Part shown: in pieces, positions 28,269 through 42,948 of the stretch
Numbering within the stretch: the stretch's first letter is position 1
How the letters are laid out: every line of letters begins with the position of its first letter
Assembly (NCBI RefSeq): GCF_009914755.1
Contig: NC_060944.1
Strand: one strand, 5' to 3'
DNA: 64,000 bases
Origin: the human T2T-CHM13v2.0 reference genome, Homo sapiens
Notes under the pieces: model-generated
Told to the model about the DNA's origin: nothing
Database searches by the model: none
The model's input: only the letters and a program-made list of their open reading frames with translations
Translations under genes and position numbers: made by a program

Positions 28269-30244
28269 CTGCAGAAAGCAAAAAGGGGAAAAAGAGGTGG
28301 ATTCAGAAGCAATCATTTAAAAAAACACACCACATAGCTATGGATTTTTTTTTCTTTTTGGACTTTTAAAGCCTCTTTTAGTTCTTTTAAAACCCTACAT
28401 GACCATAACTCTATTTTCCATACCTTTCAGGACACCAACATCTTTTGGGTAGCTAGTAGAGCTTAGAGGAATTTCTGTCAATATCCAGCAGTTCTAGAAA
28501 AAGCATCAACTTAAAAAAAAATATATTCCATCTCTTCTCCAAATACCCAATCTGTATTCTAGCACTCTGATCATCAGAAGAAAGACCTTTATGAATTAGT
28601 TAAAACTTTTTTTTTTTAAAGGTTTCTGCTCTCTTTAAGTTCACCTTCTCAGAATTAGTTCATGGTTCTTCATAGAGAAAAGAAACCACTGACTCTCTGA
28701 CTGCTAGAAGCACTGAAGCCATGGTCTGAAGCCACGGTCTGGTCTTGGCAACCTTTTCAAAGTGGTAGACTGAGGCTCCAATCACTTACCCTTGGGAGAT
28801 TTGGAAAGAAAAAGGAGTAACGAAAGACTATTTGCAGTCCTCACTATCCACCCATCCCAGCCCAAAAGTCCAAAGCAATAGGGAAAGAGCACAGTCCAAG
28901 GTCAATTAAAACATGCTCTTAACAAATGAGTGTTCAGATTAACCTGCCAATCTTGTCTTCTTTGGAAAGTGATCTCCACTTGCATTTTCCTGAAGTCTCT
29001 CTATGATACAAAACTAGAAGCTCACAAACACGTCAAAATGTAATCCCTATATTCTACTTGCAAACTCCACTGCTATGCCATCTATTTTCAAGAAACAGTG
29101 AGATTGTAAAACATAGTTTCTTAACCAGTCACTCTAATTCCCTCAAATTGCCTTTGTCATTGTGAAAGGGGGATGTGTTACAGGGGTGGAACATTTACAA
29201 ATCTAAACTTTGTGGGTGTCTGGGGGTGGATTCATCTAACCGCTTGGCTAACCTCGGGACCAGGCCCCAGTGCCTCCTCCACACTCAATACATCTGGCCT
29301 TGGGATGTGGATTCCGGCTCTTTGACAAAACACTTGGCTGACATTAGGTTTCATCACTATTAAAGCAGTATCCTGTACATAATGCGCAGCAAACAATGAC
29401 TGAATGGAATAATGGACGAAGCTTAGAAGTCACTGTATTTCAAGCTAGTGCTTTTGGTGCTTTATACTGGGAATGACAGAGGTGGGGTGGGTTAGCATAA
29501 TGTCAAAAACCCCACGTGGCCAACATTAAACAGGGACATTGAAATCTTTCGAAAGATTTCAAATCATCTCTTAAGGTATATCCCAAGCCATAAAATAATA
29601 AGCAAAAAGGACCAGTGTTCAGAATGCTTTCCGAAATGAGGGAGCAGTTTCAAATGCGGCCTTGCATTGATTGGGAGACAGCCCTATGCTTAACTTCTGG
29701 CACCGTCGGAGAATAGATCAGATATTGTGTTTATTCTCTAGTAGCTAGGAAAGATTTTAAGGAAAAAAGACAGCTTCCAATTATTAAAAAAAAGTATAAC
29801 TGTGTGAAGTCTCTGAAAGCAGGAGTAACACCTCATTCTCTATTTCCAGCAGATAGGACACTGCCAGTCACAGTAGGGGGGCAGTCCACAAATACTTGTT
29901 AAACCTAAGACTTAAACTTCATCTAATATCACATTTCTAATTCAGTCCTGTGTTGTTGTTGTTGTTTTTAATCATTTGGGCTGTGCAGTATGTTCCCACT
30001 GCCCTGAAATCTTCCTTTCATCCCAACATATTACTAAACCAGTTGTCTTATTGAAAATTTTGTGTAAAGCTTTTATTGTATTTATTGAAAATCTTGTGTA
30101 AAGCTTATAGTAAGGTGCCGCCAAGAACTCACTACCTCCTTTCCTCTGCACTGCAAAGGACACAGTTGCTTAGCCCCTCCTTTAAACACTCTCCCTTTCT
30201 TAGCTTTGCATCCCAACTGGAGGATTCCTCTAGGGCAGTCATTC

Positions 30245-30640
30245 TCTAATGTTTCCCACCCATCCCCCAGAGTGCTTTTAAGAAGCCTGTTTCCTAGGTC
30301 CCACTACCCAGACTGATGCATCTGGTCTGAGTGGGGCCCATGAATGTGCACTTGTAACAAGCTCGCAGGTGATAAATGGTGCTGGACTAAGGACCACACT
30401 TCTATAACCACTGCTCTAGGGAACTCTGGCCACATAATAAATATAAGCAACATTTATTGAGTACTTAATTACATAATTCCTTACTGCATTTAATCCTCAT
30501 AATTATCCTAAGAGGCAAGTAATACTATCCAATTTACAAACAACTTCTAGGCTTCAGTTTCTCCAAGTATCTTCACAAAGGTCAACTGAGAGCACTAGAA
30601 TTTGAACCAGGTGTGTCTGTGCTCTTAACCACTAAGCTTT
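30245..30640. mobile_element. MER5A followed by a MIR remnant
   Basis: ggtctgagtggggccc...ggaccacacttctataaccactgctcta; catttaatcctcataa...cttaaccacta. Confidence 0.65.
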
Positions 30641-31364
30641 TATACCTCACTCATCCATGTTCTAGCCACAACCTCTCTCTGAAAGATTTCAAGCACCCAC
30701 ATGGCTTAAATGCTTACTCTTAAGGAGACAGCTCTCACATCTTCATCTCCTGCACAAAGCTGCCAGATGGATCTTTCTTGACCTTTCTTAATTACAGATT
30801 TATCCACACTGTTACTGCTCAAAAGTCTTTTACGTCTCTTGCCTTTATCCCTGAGCTGCTGCTACAGCAAGGGGTCTATTCTTTCTGCCGTGCAAATCCC
30901 ATTAATCCTTCAAACCCCAGTTCACAGACCTCTTGAGGAAGCTTTCAGTACCGTGTCAGTCTCCCCCCTTCTCCAGTTTCTGTGATGGTCTATTACAGAC
31001 TATCAAAACTTGGATTTGTTTCCATGTTGACTTAATTCGCTAACAACTGTCTCGTGTTAGTCTCGTCATTCAACTAATAAATTAACGTAAACCACATAGT
31101 ATTGTTTTTTCTAATTATCGAAAGGAACTAGCACAATGCTAAAAAAATAAAAACTGAGGGAGTAAAGATTGCCAAACAAAAGGAAATAATCACAAATCCA
31201 CAACTTGGGATTGGATGGCATTTTAAGGAACACTCACCAATATCATCGAATGCTTCCCACTACTGGGGAACTATGACCTCCAAGAACACAGAGTCAACAG
31301 GGAAAATATGGCCATCAGCAAAGAAAACCTACTTTGGTTGGGTACAAAATGTTTCCCAGTCACT

Positions 31365-31561
31365 TGTTTTTTCTTTTTTTCTTTTTTTTTTTTGAGACAG
31401 AGTCTCAGTCTTGGCTCACTGCACCTCCACCTCCCGGGTTCAAGTGATTCTCATACCTCAGCCTCCCAAGTAGCTGGGACTACTACAGGTGCATGCCACC
31501 ATGCCTGGCTAATTTTTGTATTTTTCATAGAGACGGGGTTTCAGCATGTTGGCCAGGCTGG
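31365..31561 (-). mobile_element. Truncated Alu with TSD
   Basis: TSD cccagtcactt on both sides. Confidence 0.85.
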
Positions 31562-31648
31562 CCCAGTCACTTTTGCCCACTGGTTCTCTCTCAACCTTCC
31601 CCAGACACCCTCTCCCACTCAGGCCCCTTCTATGTGTGCCCCTCCCAT

Positions 31649-31707
31649 ATCACAACTTCACACAACTTCACATCTTCATCATCACAACTTCATCATCACA
31701 ACCTCAC
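31649..31707. repeat. Imperfect (cacaacttcatcat)-type short tandem repeat
   Basis: cacaacttca repeated ~4-5 times. Confidence 0.7.
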
Positions 31708-32268
31708 TCCCCATCCAGGCTGCGCTCTCTGCATACTGGCCCAGTTGTCTACACTTGACAAAGAGTTGTGACCACACTAACGGAGTTGTCCAGATGCAAT
31801 AGGATGAGCCTAGAAACACACAAACCACCAGCAGCCCTGTTCCACCTGTTACCAAAGATCTGTAAAAGCAAGCCCCTTTTTGGAGATTCACAATGCACAA
31901 TAACTCAAGGCCCAGAAATTCCCAGAAGAGAGATGTTTAGTTATTTAGCCTGCCATTTCCCAAACCAGAACATCAAGTGAGTCTCTGCAGAACTTACTTT
32001 GGGAAATTCAGTTTTGGATATTTCTATGAATAGACTTTTTAAACGTCCATTACATGGTTAGGTAATCAATCAATCAATCTTTGCTGAATGTTGTTGGTAA
32101 ACAGCAGTCACATCCTATTACTAATTCATATCAAGCTTGCTAGAAGCAAAATCCCCTTAATCTTTTTAGAGATGCTAAATTGCCCTTCTCCTGTGCAATG
32201 CTCATGTAGTTGGTTATACAAATCAAACTGTAGGACCTTTCAGGTGTCTCTATTAAAAGTCTTGTTAC

Positions 32269-33100
32269 CGGTTGGGCGCAGTGGCTCACATCTGTAATCC
32301 CAGCACTTTGGGAGTCGGAGGCAAGAGGATCACTTGAGGCCAGGAGTTCAAGACCAGCTGGGCAATACAGCAAAATCCCGTCTCTACAAAAATAGATTTT
32401 AAAAATACTAGCCGAGTGTGGTAGTGTGCGCCTGTAGTCCCAGCCACTCACTCAGATCAAGGCTGCAGTGAACCATGATCGTGCCACTGCACTCCAGCCT
32501 GGGCAACAGTGAGATGCTGTTTGGTTAACAACAACAAAAAAAGCAGTCTTGTTAATAAACTTAGGCCATGGCTCTGGCCTAAAGTAGGAAGTACATATGC
32601 ATACACATGTTGCTTTCAATCTAAATTATCTCATTCAAAATTCACATCTCTGTGAAGTAGATATCATCTTGAGTGTTTATTTTAGATTAGGAAGTCAAGT
32701 CCTCCAGGGGGTAATTTGCCCAAGGTCATATGGTTAGAGAAATCAAAACCAGAGAGGTGAACTGAGTTGCTGCATATATTTTGATGAGCTTTACTTTGTT
32801 TTTTTCTTTTTGTTTTTTGGAGATAGAGTCTCCCTCTGTCGCCCAAGCTGGAGTGTAGTGGCGCGTCTCGGCTCACTGCAACCTCCATTTCCCAGGTTCA
32901 AGCGATTCTTCTGCCTCAGCCTCCTGAGTAGCCGGGATTACAGGCACCTGCCATCATGCCCAGCTAATTTTTTGTATTTTGGTAGAGATGGGGTTTCACC
33001 ATGTTGGCCAGACTGGTCTTGAACTCCTGACCTCAGGTGATCTGCCTGCCTTGGCCTCCCAAAGTGTTGGGATTACAGACGTGAGCCACCGCACCCAGCT
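32269..33100. mobile_element. Inverted Alu pair: AluJ + (32269-32542) and AluS - (32795-33100)
   Basis: Alu consensus in opposite orientations. Confidence 0.88.
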
Positions 33101-34329
33101 AACTTTGAAAATTCTGAAAGCAGTACTTTCTAATAATATGGTCCTGCGCAACAGTGGCTGAATCACAGTTAAAAAAAACAATTTTAAGTTGGTGTGCAGT
33201 GGTTAAATCCTCCAGTTTCAACGAGTCTCTACTGAGCACCTCCTTCACTGTGTGCTTTTCAGGCACCGTACGAGGGCACTGGAGGCCAAGTATGCATAAG
33301 GCAACGCTGAATAGATGAGTAATGTATAGACAAAATTCAACAAATTACAATGCAGTGTGGTAAATGCGACAACATTTAACACAAATTCACACTTACTAAT
33401 AATTTGTTTTACACTTTCATGAGACAATGTAATTATTATCCAGCCTCATATCTAGGAGGAGGGATCTCTTATATATAACCATAATTCAGTTGAGAAAAAT
33501 AAGCCCCATTCAGGTCTACACAATTAGAAATTTCCATTCAGATGCCAGTGTTAGCAGCCTTGGGCCATGGCTTAACTGGACAGCTTCCGGGGGCGAAGGA
33601 CTGGGTTTCCTGCCCTTCAGCCACCTCTTGGCCACACAATGGTGCCTTTCTTCCTCTCTGCTTCTGATTCTAACAGGAAAACCTCCTCCTTTCTCACTGA
33701 ACCTTAATGTGTATCCTTAATGTTTGCTGTGGTTGGCTTGGTAAGCTAAAAGAGGGTTCAGAACCAGAAAAGAAACCATTCCCTTCCTGACCACTTTTTA
33801 CAATCTGTATCTCACCCCCAACATATGCAAACATACAACACACACACACTCACACCCAAACACCAATCACCCTCCTCTGCTTTGGTTTTCTACTTAACAT
33901 ACAACATATTTTAAAATTTATCTTGTCCCCCATAAGAATGTGAGCTCCATTAGGGCAAGGCTGTTGCCTACTTCCTTTAATGCTGTACCCCCAGTGGCTA
34001 GAATGGTGTGTTGGGAACACAGAGGATGCATAATAAATATCTGAATTTAAAAAATAATAATAATAAGTTGAGACAATATAGAGTTTTCTGAACTTGGCTG
34101 TGCTCCAGGAGGCATGGAGATGGATTTCAAGCCCTTCTCTTTATTTTGCATTAGCCCCCTCCTCCTTTCTGAGAGGAACCCAAAATACTGTAAGTTAACC
34201 AGTTTTACTGCACTAACCTGTTCCTAAGAAAAGCTCAGTCATTCCTTTCCACCAATTGAGCAGCACTGCCAAAAAGATTAGCTTTCCCCCCAAAATGTTC
34301 TGTTACTCTCATTCCTCATAAAGCTTTTA

Positions 34330-35985
34330 AAAACATGTTCCATACTATAATGCACAAGTTTATTCAAAATCTTGTGCAATAATATTTGTAGTAGAAAAAC
34401 ACTAGGGAAAAAAGCCTAAATGACCATCCAAAGGAGACTGGTTGAATACATTTTTATACTCACTCCCATGGATGAGTACCATGAGACCATAAAAAAGAAT
34501 GAGAAAACATTTGTTATAGTCCAAAACTAGAAAGAACTCAGAAGAGATTAAATATTTGTAGCCTATTCCGATTTTGGAATACTATACAGCAACAGGAATA
34601 AATAAACTAGAACTGCATGCACCCACGTGAATGAATCTCTCACACTTTATGTGACACAAAGAAGCCAGACACAAAAGAACACATGTGGTATGATTCCATG
34701 TAGATAAAATACAAAAACAGGCACAGCTAATCTACAACATAAAAGTCAGGAGAATGGCTACCCTGGAGTGCAGGAGAGTTGAAGGTGGCTTCTGGTCATC
34801 TTATTTCTTAACCTGGATGCTGGTTATTCAGATATATTCATTTTCTAAACATTCACCAAGCTTTTTGCTTACATGTACACATTTTAATGTTATATGTCAA
34901 CAAAATTTACCTTCCCCAAAAATAAGGTGAGCAAAACCCATGAATTGACTTCCAAGACATATTATGCTACTTAATAAAGGGAAATTGATATGCACTCACA
35001 TATTTTTACAAAAAAAAAACATAGGAAGAGTAAACCAGAAACTAATAAAAATGAAGGGGTAGGACTGAGGCCTGAGTACACCTTTTATATTTTGGACATT
35101 TACGTATTAAAAAAATTATCTAGCTGGGCATGGTGGCACACACCTATGGTCCCAGCTGCTTGGGAGGCTGAAGTAGGAGGCTGGCTTGAGCCCAGGAGTT
35201 TAAGTCCAGCCAGAGCAACATAGTGAGAATTCATCTCAAGAAAAAAAAAAGAAAAAAAAAAAAAAAAAAAATCTATATATATATATATATATATGAAAAA
35301 TGGGCAAACCCTAAAACTAAATACAAACACAAACAAATAATTCTAATAATACATTGTACTGAAAACACAACCAACGGAAAAGTACTCCGATACATTCTTT
35401 GAGAGATATACTGTAAGGACAAAAAGAACCGTAAAGAATCTGGAACTCTGTTTAGCAGGTCTGTTGATTACAGTCATATTTGGGTCATAATCATGACATG
35501 GAAATCAATGGATGCTAAAACCCTCAGGTGAAAGGGTTGTTGAAGAGGATAGTCAAAACACATATTCAATGCACCACCCCACAAATTACATGTTGATCAC
35601 AACTGACATTTGTAATTTTGCTGCATAAGAGGAAGATCTAGCAGGTCATCCCTTTACCAAATGTCTCAACTCAGCAACCCCAATATTAGAACAACCTACA
35701 GTTCCAGGCTCCTAATGCAATGTAAGATATTTACTTCCTATATAATATTCTTGCTAATCTACTGAAGAGAAAACAAGAAGATAAATCTAGAATATCCCTT
35801 AAGAGTTGGGATCTCACTCTGTCACCCAGGTTGGAGTGCAGTGGCATGAACATGGCTCACTGAAGCCTCCAACTCCTGGGCTCAAGTGATCCTCCCAACT
35901 CAGCCTCAGGAGGAGCTGGGACCACAGCGGAATGCCCCCACACACAGAGCTAACATTTATATTTTTTTAGAGATGAGGTCTCCAA

Positions 35986-36045
<60 letters not shown>

Positions 36046-36560
36046 TAGATTCTTCAGGCTGAAAGAACATAGGATATTCTACAAAATAACTGATCTGGAC
36101 CAAAAAAAAGCAGGGGCTATTCTAGATTAGAGACATAACTAAACGCAATACATGAACTTTGACTAAATTCTGAATAGAAAAATCAGAGTGCTAAAATAGA
36201 TATTTTTGAGACAAGTGAGAAAAATTAAACATGGAATGTATATCAGATATTACTAAATGTTAAGCTTAAGTGTAATCATAGTGCTGTGATTATGCATAAT
36301 GCGCTTATTCTCAGGAGATGTATATTGAAGTATTTAGAGGTTTCGCATCATGATGTCTACAACTTTACTTTCAAATGCTTCTGAAAAAAATGTGTGCATA
36401 TGCACATATGCATGTATGAGCTTATGTATGCATATAAAAAGTTAAAGCAAATGTGACAAAATGCTACCAACTGGTGAACTCAGGTGTAGAGCATATATTT
36501 ATTGTACTATTTTCTCAATGTCTCTACAGATTTGCAATTTTTTTCCAAAAGAAAAATAAA
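34330..36560 (+). mobile_element. Nested L1M (MB/MC/ME-type) 3' remnants with Alu monomers (~35123-35270 +, ~35800-35985 -), (TA)n and (CA)n (~35988-36043)
   Basis: L1M 3' UTR signatures such as gaatactatacagcaa and tatgattccatgtagataaaat. Confidence 0.65.
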
Positions 36561-36707
36561 AGGTTGTTAATTAATGTGTTGCAACTGCCAGGTTAAGTGG
36601 CTTACTGTTCTGCTGGACTTCAAGCTTTCTCCAAAAGGGGAAAAGTAAAGTGGCCACTTACTCTCCAGGAGTGGCCAAGTTCCCAACTTTATTTAATGAA
36701 GAAACAG

Positions 36708-37011
36708 AGCTGGGCACAGTGGCTCATGCCTGTAATCCCAGCAGTTTGGGAGGCCTAAGCAGGAGGATCACTTGAGGCTAGGAGTTTGAGAACAGCCTGG
36801 GCTGTTCCTAGTGAGGCTCTGTCTCTACAAAAAAATTTAAAAATCAGCTGGGCATGATGGCGTACTCCCAAGCTACTTGGGAGGCCAAGGTAGAAGAATC
36901 CTTCGAGCTCAGGAGTTTGAGCTGCAGTGAGTTATGATCATGTCACTGCACTCCAGCCTGGGTAACACAGCAAGACCCTGTCTCTCAAAAAGGGGGGGTG
37001 GGGGGGTAGTA

Positions 37012-37052
<41 letters not shown>
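36708..37052 (+). mobile_element. AluJ with (AAT)n tail
   Basis: Dimer; TSD aatgaagaaaca. Confidence 0.88.
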
Positions 37053-37054
<2 letters not shown>

Positions 37055-37154
37055 AGAAACATCAAGTCCTAAGGACTTTTTACACTTCTATAAAACACCA
37101 GCTACAAAGAGATGATGAATTCTTTTATAAATGTTACAAACTGTAATTCAGACA

Positions 37155-37570
37155 TACATTCATTCAACACTCATTATATACATAAGATGTTCCAGGACTG
37201 CCCTATACTCTAAAGATAAAGAGATACAAGTAAGACACAGTCCCTGCCATCACCTTGCAATGGAAGAATAGTCACGTTTGTTCAGGGGTACAGGAGAGTG
37301 GCTACTAGATCATATTGGGAGCAGGGGCCAGGAAAATACTCTCAGAAGAGGTAATTCTAGAGTATGGTCCTGAAAGAAGAGCACTGAAGCAGGAGAGGGA
37401 GCAGCATAAATGAAAACAAAGAGCCATCCAGGGGGAAATACATCTGAGGAATCAAAGAAGTTTCATATGGCTGGAGCGAAGGTTGCATATGGCAAGAACA
37501 TGAGACGGGAGGCTAGAAAAATGGGGGGAGCAAGAGCGAAAGGGCTTCACGCACTATACTTGGGGTCTGA
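37155..37570 (-). mobile_element. L2 remnant
   Basis: cattcattcaacactcatt tail signature. Confidence 0.6.
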
Positions 37571-38799
37571 ACTTGATTCTGAAAGCCACGACATTGCAGA
37601 AACGGTCCAGGATTGGATTTCCAGTGGGCCAATGAGTAGGTATCAATCGGAACAAGTAAATTTACCCTACTCAAAATTCCTGGCTCCAGATTAAGGACTG
37701 AACTTTTTAGTATCCACATCTAAATTCTTAGATGAACTAAATAAGATTCTGTGTGTAGAATCCCCCAGGTGATTAATAAAAGTTGGGAGCCTGAATCTTA
37801 GCAAAGACTGTACTTTCTACATGGAGCAATGCAGAGGAACACCACATCTCCATGGCATGTAGAGTGGAGGGAAAATGTCAAGATATAAAGCTAGACACAA
37901 CTGACCAGAGCCAGAAAGAATGACACTCAGCAAAGGTGCTGCTTGGTGCTCAGGGGGGTCTGTTAGACTGGGTTTTCTTTCTCTGAATTTACTCACATCA
38001 TCATCCCACTATAAAATGTGGGATTTATAACAGAGTCAAATAAATTCCAGAAAAACACTGGAGCCAATCTATGGATCACAGGTTCTACCTCTTTAGCATG
38101 TCCATGCTTTTGGCATAAAGAACAGGGAAAAGGGAAGAGAATCTAAAGAGAAGAGAAGCAGAAAATGAATAAATAGAACAGGAGGCTCCCTCTCACGCTC
38201 ATGCTTGCTAGTGCTCTCTCCTTCCCCCATATACAAAATACACAGATAAGACACAATAAAAATTAAGGAAAAACAAAATGTGCCAAAGGAATGTTGAAGT
38301 TTGATTTCTGCCATGCTAGAGTATCTGCAAAACCTGCATTATCTTTTTAGACCAATATTTTGTGGAAAAAGCACAACCTGAAAAATAATTCAACCTTACC
38401 CCTAAACAAGCAGATGATCAGTGTTCACTGCTCTGCACAACAGGTAAAGAAAGAATCTGCTTATTCTGCTTATAAAGAGATGGATTCCTATACAACTAAT
38501 AATGCATTTATTGAGTCCTTATGTGCCAGCACCTTTCCAAATGCCTGTGTTTTATCTCATTTCATCCTCACAATAACTGAGAGGCAGGTTGTTACCATCA
38601 ATTTAGAGATGAAAAAAACTCAGGTCTGAATACGCAATCTGACCATGTGGAGCCAAGATTTCACAGCAGGCTTTGTCTCCAGAGTCCAGATTTTTAACAA
38701 ACATGCTCTACTGCCTCTCAGATGCTCAATCCCCTGAATCCACAGCTACTATGCTGCCCACACTTTGTTTGATTCCTTTTACTTGGATCTTTTTGAAGT

Positions 38800-39277
38800 G
38801 TTTTTTTTTTTTTGGCTTGTGTTGTTGTTTTTTTTGAGACGGACTCTTGCTGTCACCCAGGCTGGAGTGCAGTGGCGCGATCTCAGCTCACTGCAGGCTG
38901 CGCCCCCCAGGGGTTCACGCCATTCTCCTGCCTCAGCCTCCCGAGTAGCTGGGACTACAGGTGCCTGCCACCTCGCCCGGCTAATTTTTTTTGTATTTTT
39001 AGTAGAGACGGGGTTTCACTGTGTCAGCCAGGATGGTCTCGATCTCCTGACCTTGTGATCCACCCGCCTTGGCCTCCCAAAGTGCTGGGATTACAGGTGT
39101 GAGCCACCGCGCCCGGCCTGTTGTTGTTTTTGACAGGATCTTGCTCTGTCACTCAGGCTGGAGTGCAGTGGCACGATCATGGCTCACTGCAGTCTTAACC
39201 TCCCTGGCTCAAGCAGTCCTCACACTTTGGCCTCCCAAAGTGCTGGGATTATAGGTGTGAGCCACCCCGCATGGCCA
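38800..39277 (-). mobile_element. AluY-like element (38828-39118) adjacent to an older shortened Alu
   Basis: gccattctcctg and agccaggatggtctcgatctcctgacc diagnostics; high CpG retention. Confidence 0.85.
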
Positions 39278-40419
39278 ATATTACCTGGATCTTTATTGTC
39301 AACATGTCATATATTTCAGGCTTCCAATATTCCACTTCAGGAGTGGGTGCCAATACTCACGCTATAATGCATCCCCCAAATTTTATAAGTTTGAAGCTCT
39401 AATGTGAATCATGAATTTTTCCATTTTAAATCTGCTTAAAATGCTGGATACTCATACTATGCATTACATACATTAACATACATTTAAGAGAGAAAATACA
39501 GCTTTTTTAAGATACAAGGAATTTTTGGCAGCAAAATTTACACCCATTGTCTTATCTATTTAAATATTTTGGAGCAACCGTGTGACAATTTTCATACAAA
39601 AAGTGTTTAAAGAGAACTGGGAGGAGGGGGGACACATACACACATTAACAAAGTAAATAATACAAAAAAATATTTTGGGGGAAAAATTGATTTGAGGAAA
39701 CTTTTGCTTTCCTAATCCTTCTCATTTGAGGCAGAAAAATCACAAAGTCATTCGTAGGTTTCATTTTTCACCCTAATTACTATTCCTAGCTATTAAAAAA
39801 ATCCAAGTGGTAAAAATTAACAGCTATGAAGTACCCTATAAACATTTCCACTGACCTATTAGTCTACCATCTGTTAAATTATTAAACTGTACATAAGATT
39901 AGACATGAAAATGCTGTCTAAACAGATACTAGATGGCTGGGTAGCCTATGGTAAGTACTTTACTGATCTAAGCTTCAGCTTTGCTTCCCCCAAAATTCTT
40001 AATAGCATGACCAGTTATCAACCCTCAGAAGTACCAATATCCACATGCACAGCCACATAACCTCAGTATAAGCTTGGGTGGGAGAAAACTGTAAATTATC
40101 TTGCTGGTTCCATTGAAACTGAACACGTACACTTATCAAAACAACCCTGCGGAGAATGGGTGGGGGTGGGGGGGGCGTCAGGGTATGACGGATGTTGCTG
40201 ATGGGAATGTGCTAGAGGCACAAGACCAGCACTGCCACACTCCTCTGTGGAACTGAAACCAGAACAAAGGCTCTGCTCCCCTCACCTCCGCACCCCCTCG
40301 TCCTAATCTCTGTCCGTCACCGCCCCCACTCCACCGACCAATCCCTGTCCCTGAATTGCCTTGTGGTTCCAGCCTCCCACCCCCACTGACACCTCCTCTG
40401 TATGAACGTGCTTTTGTGA

Positions 40420-41280
<861 letters not shown>

Positions 41281-41610
41281 AATTATAGCTTGGCACACAG
41301 ATGCTGTGATAGCCGGAGGAGTTGCCTTGCTTTTTTAAGGTAGAAGTATACTGGTTTTTCTGCAACCACAAAAAAAAAGGCTATAAGCCAGAAAAGGTCA
41401 TAGTGAAACTGATACTTCACCAACTGTGCTGGTGTTCGTGCAGACTGGTATAACCCTTTGGGAAAACTATTTGCAAATTCAACAATAGCCATAAAAATGC
41501 TCATACCTTCTGAGCTAGCAAAGTATCCTAAATATGAGGCTATTCTATGCACAAAGTTTTTACTTACATTATTTCTAAAAGCAAAATCTTGGGAAACAAC
41601 TCAAAATCAA

Positions 41611-41690
41611 CAACCAGCAGCTCTCAGTGCTGCTCTGCCTGTGGAGTAGCCAGTTTCTTTTCTTCTCTAATAAACTTGCTTTCACTTACT
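41611..41690 (+). mobile_element. Short ERV1 (MER4-group-like) LTR R-region fragment
   Basis: ctgctctgcctgtggagtagcca...aataaacttgctttcactta. Confidence 0.7.
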
Positions 41691-42645
41691 AAAACAACAG
41701 CACATAAACTGTGACACAAAACTTGACGGAATCTTACACATCTTTAAAAGTGAAAACTATGCAACCTTATCACCATACACCTTATGTATAATATTTAGCA
41801 TAGACTATCACATTTTTAACAACATGAAAAAAGTTCTGCTATATCTTGACAACTATTGCTAAGGAATAAGAACATGCATCAGGCTAAAACAGACTTGAGG
41901 CAAATTTACCAACCTGCTTTGCTGTTAGGGAGTAACAGTGATGTGAGATGACCTTTTTTCCTTCTGTTTTACCAATGTTCTTTACAACAGTAATGATTTA
42001 TTTTTTTGAGACAGGGTCTTACTATGTTGCCCAGGCTGGTCTCAAATTCCTGAGCTTAAGAGATCTTCATGCCTTAGCTCCCAAGCAGCTGGGACTACAG
42101 GCATGCATCATGGTGTCTGATTGAGTGAGGGTTTAAAAGAATGCAATTCTATAGCAAAAAGTTGAATTTCTTCAACACTGAACTGCTATCTGCCTACAAC
42201 TAAGTTTCTTCTAACCCTTTGCAAACATGTAACGTAAAATTTTAAGTTGACACTACAAACTGCTTGTCTAAATGAGTCAAAAGACTGATACCTGTTCTAC
42301 CAAAGCCTCACCAACATTCAGAGGCTTTGGTGGAACAGGTATCCCACACCTTGTTGATGGAAACAAATTGATATAACCTCTAGAGAGGTTGGCAATACAG
42401 ATCAAAGTGAAATGTTCATACTCTAACCCAGTAGTTCCTACTTTCAGGTATTCATCCTAAAGAAATAATTGGATAAATAACAAATGTGTTCAATACTGTT
42501 TATCTCAGTGCTACTTATAAAAGCAAAACTCCAACCTATCTATGCACCAAAAGGGTCTGGAAAAAAAATTATGGCAAAATCAGACCATGACTAACTCAGC
42601 TATCACTGAAATAATGATTATTGTTTTAGAAGTACTCACTATTTA

Positions 42646-42948
<303 letters not shown>

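Noticed and set aside
26149-28746. Small tandem duplications (caattcttttaag(g)agagg x2 near 26150; tgaagcca(t/c)ggtc x2 near 28715)
   Set aside because: Ordinary slippage duplications with no sign of function
29866-29886. CTCF-like motif cagtaggggggcagt
   Set aside because: Spacing differs from the consensus by one G and it lies in a probable repeat remnant; not supportable without ChIP data
36391-36434. Quasi-palindromic TA/TG/CA-rich tract
   Set aside because: Self-complementarity expected from alternating purine-pyrimidine low-complexity sequence
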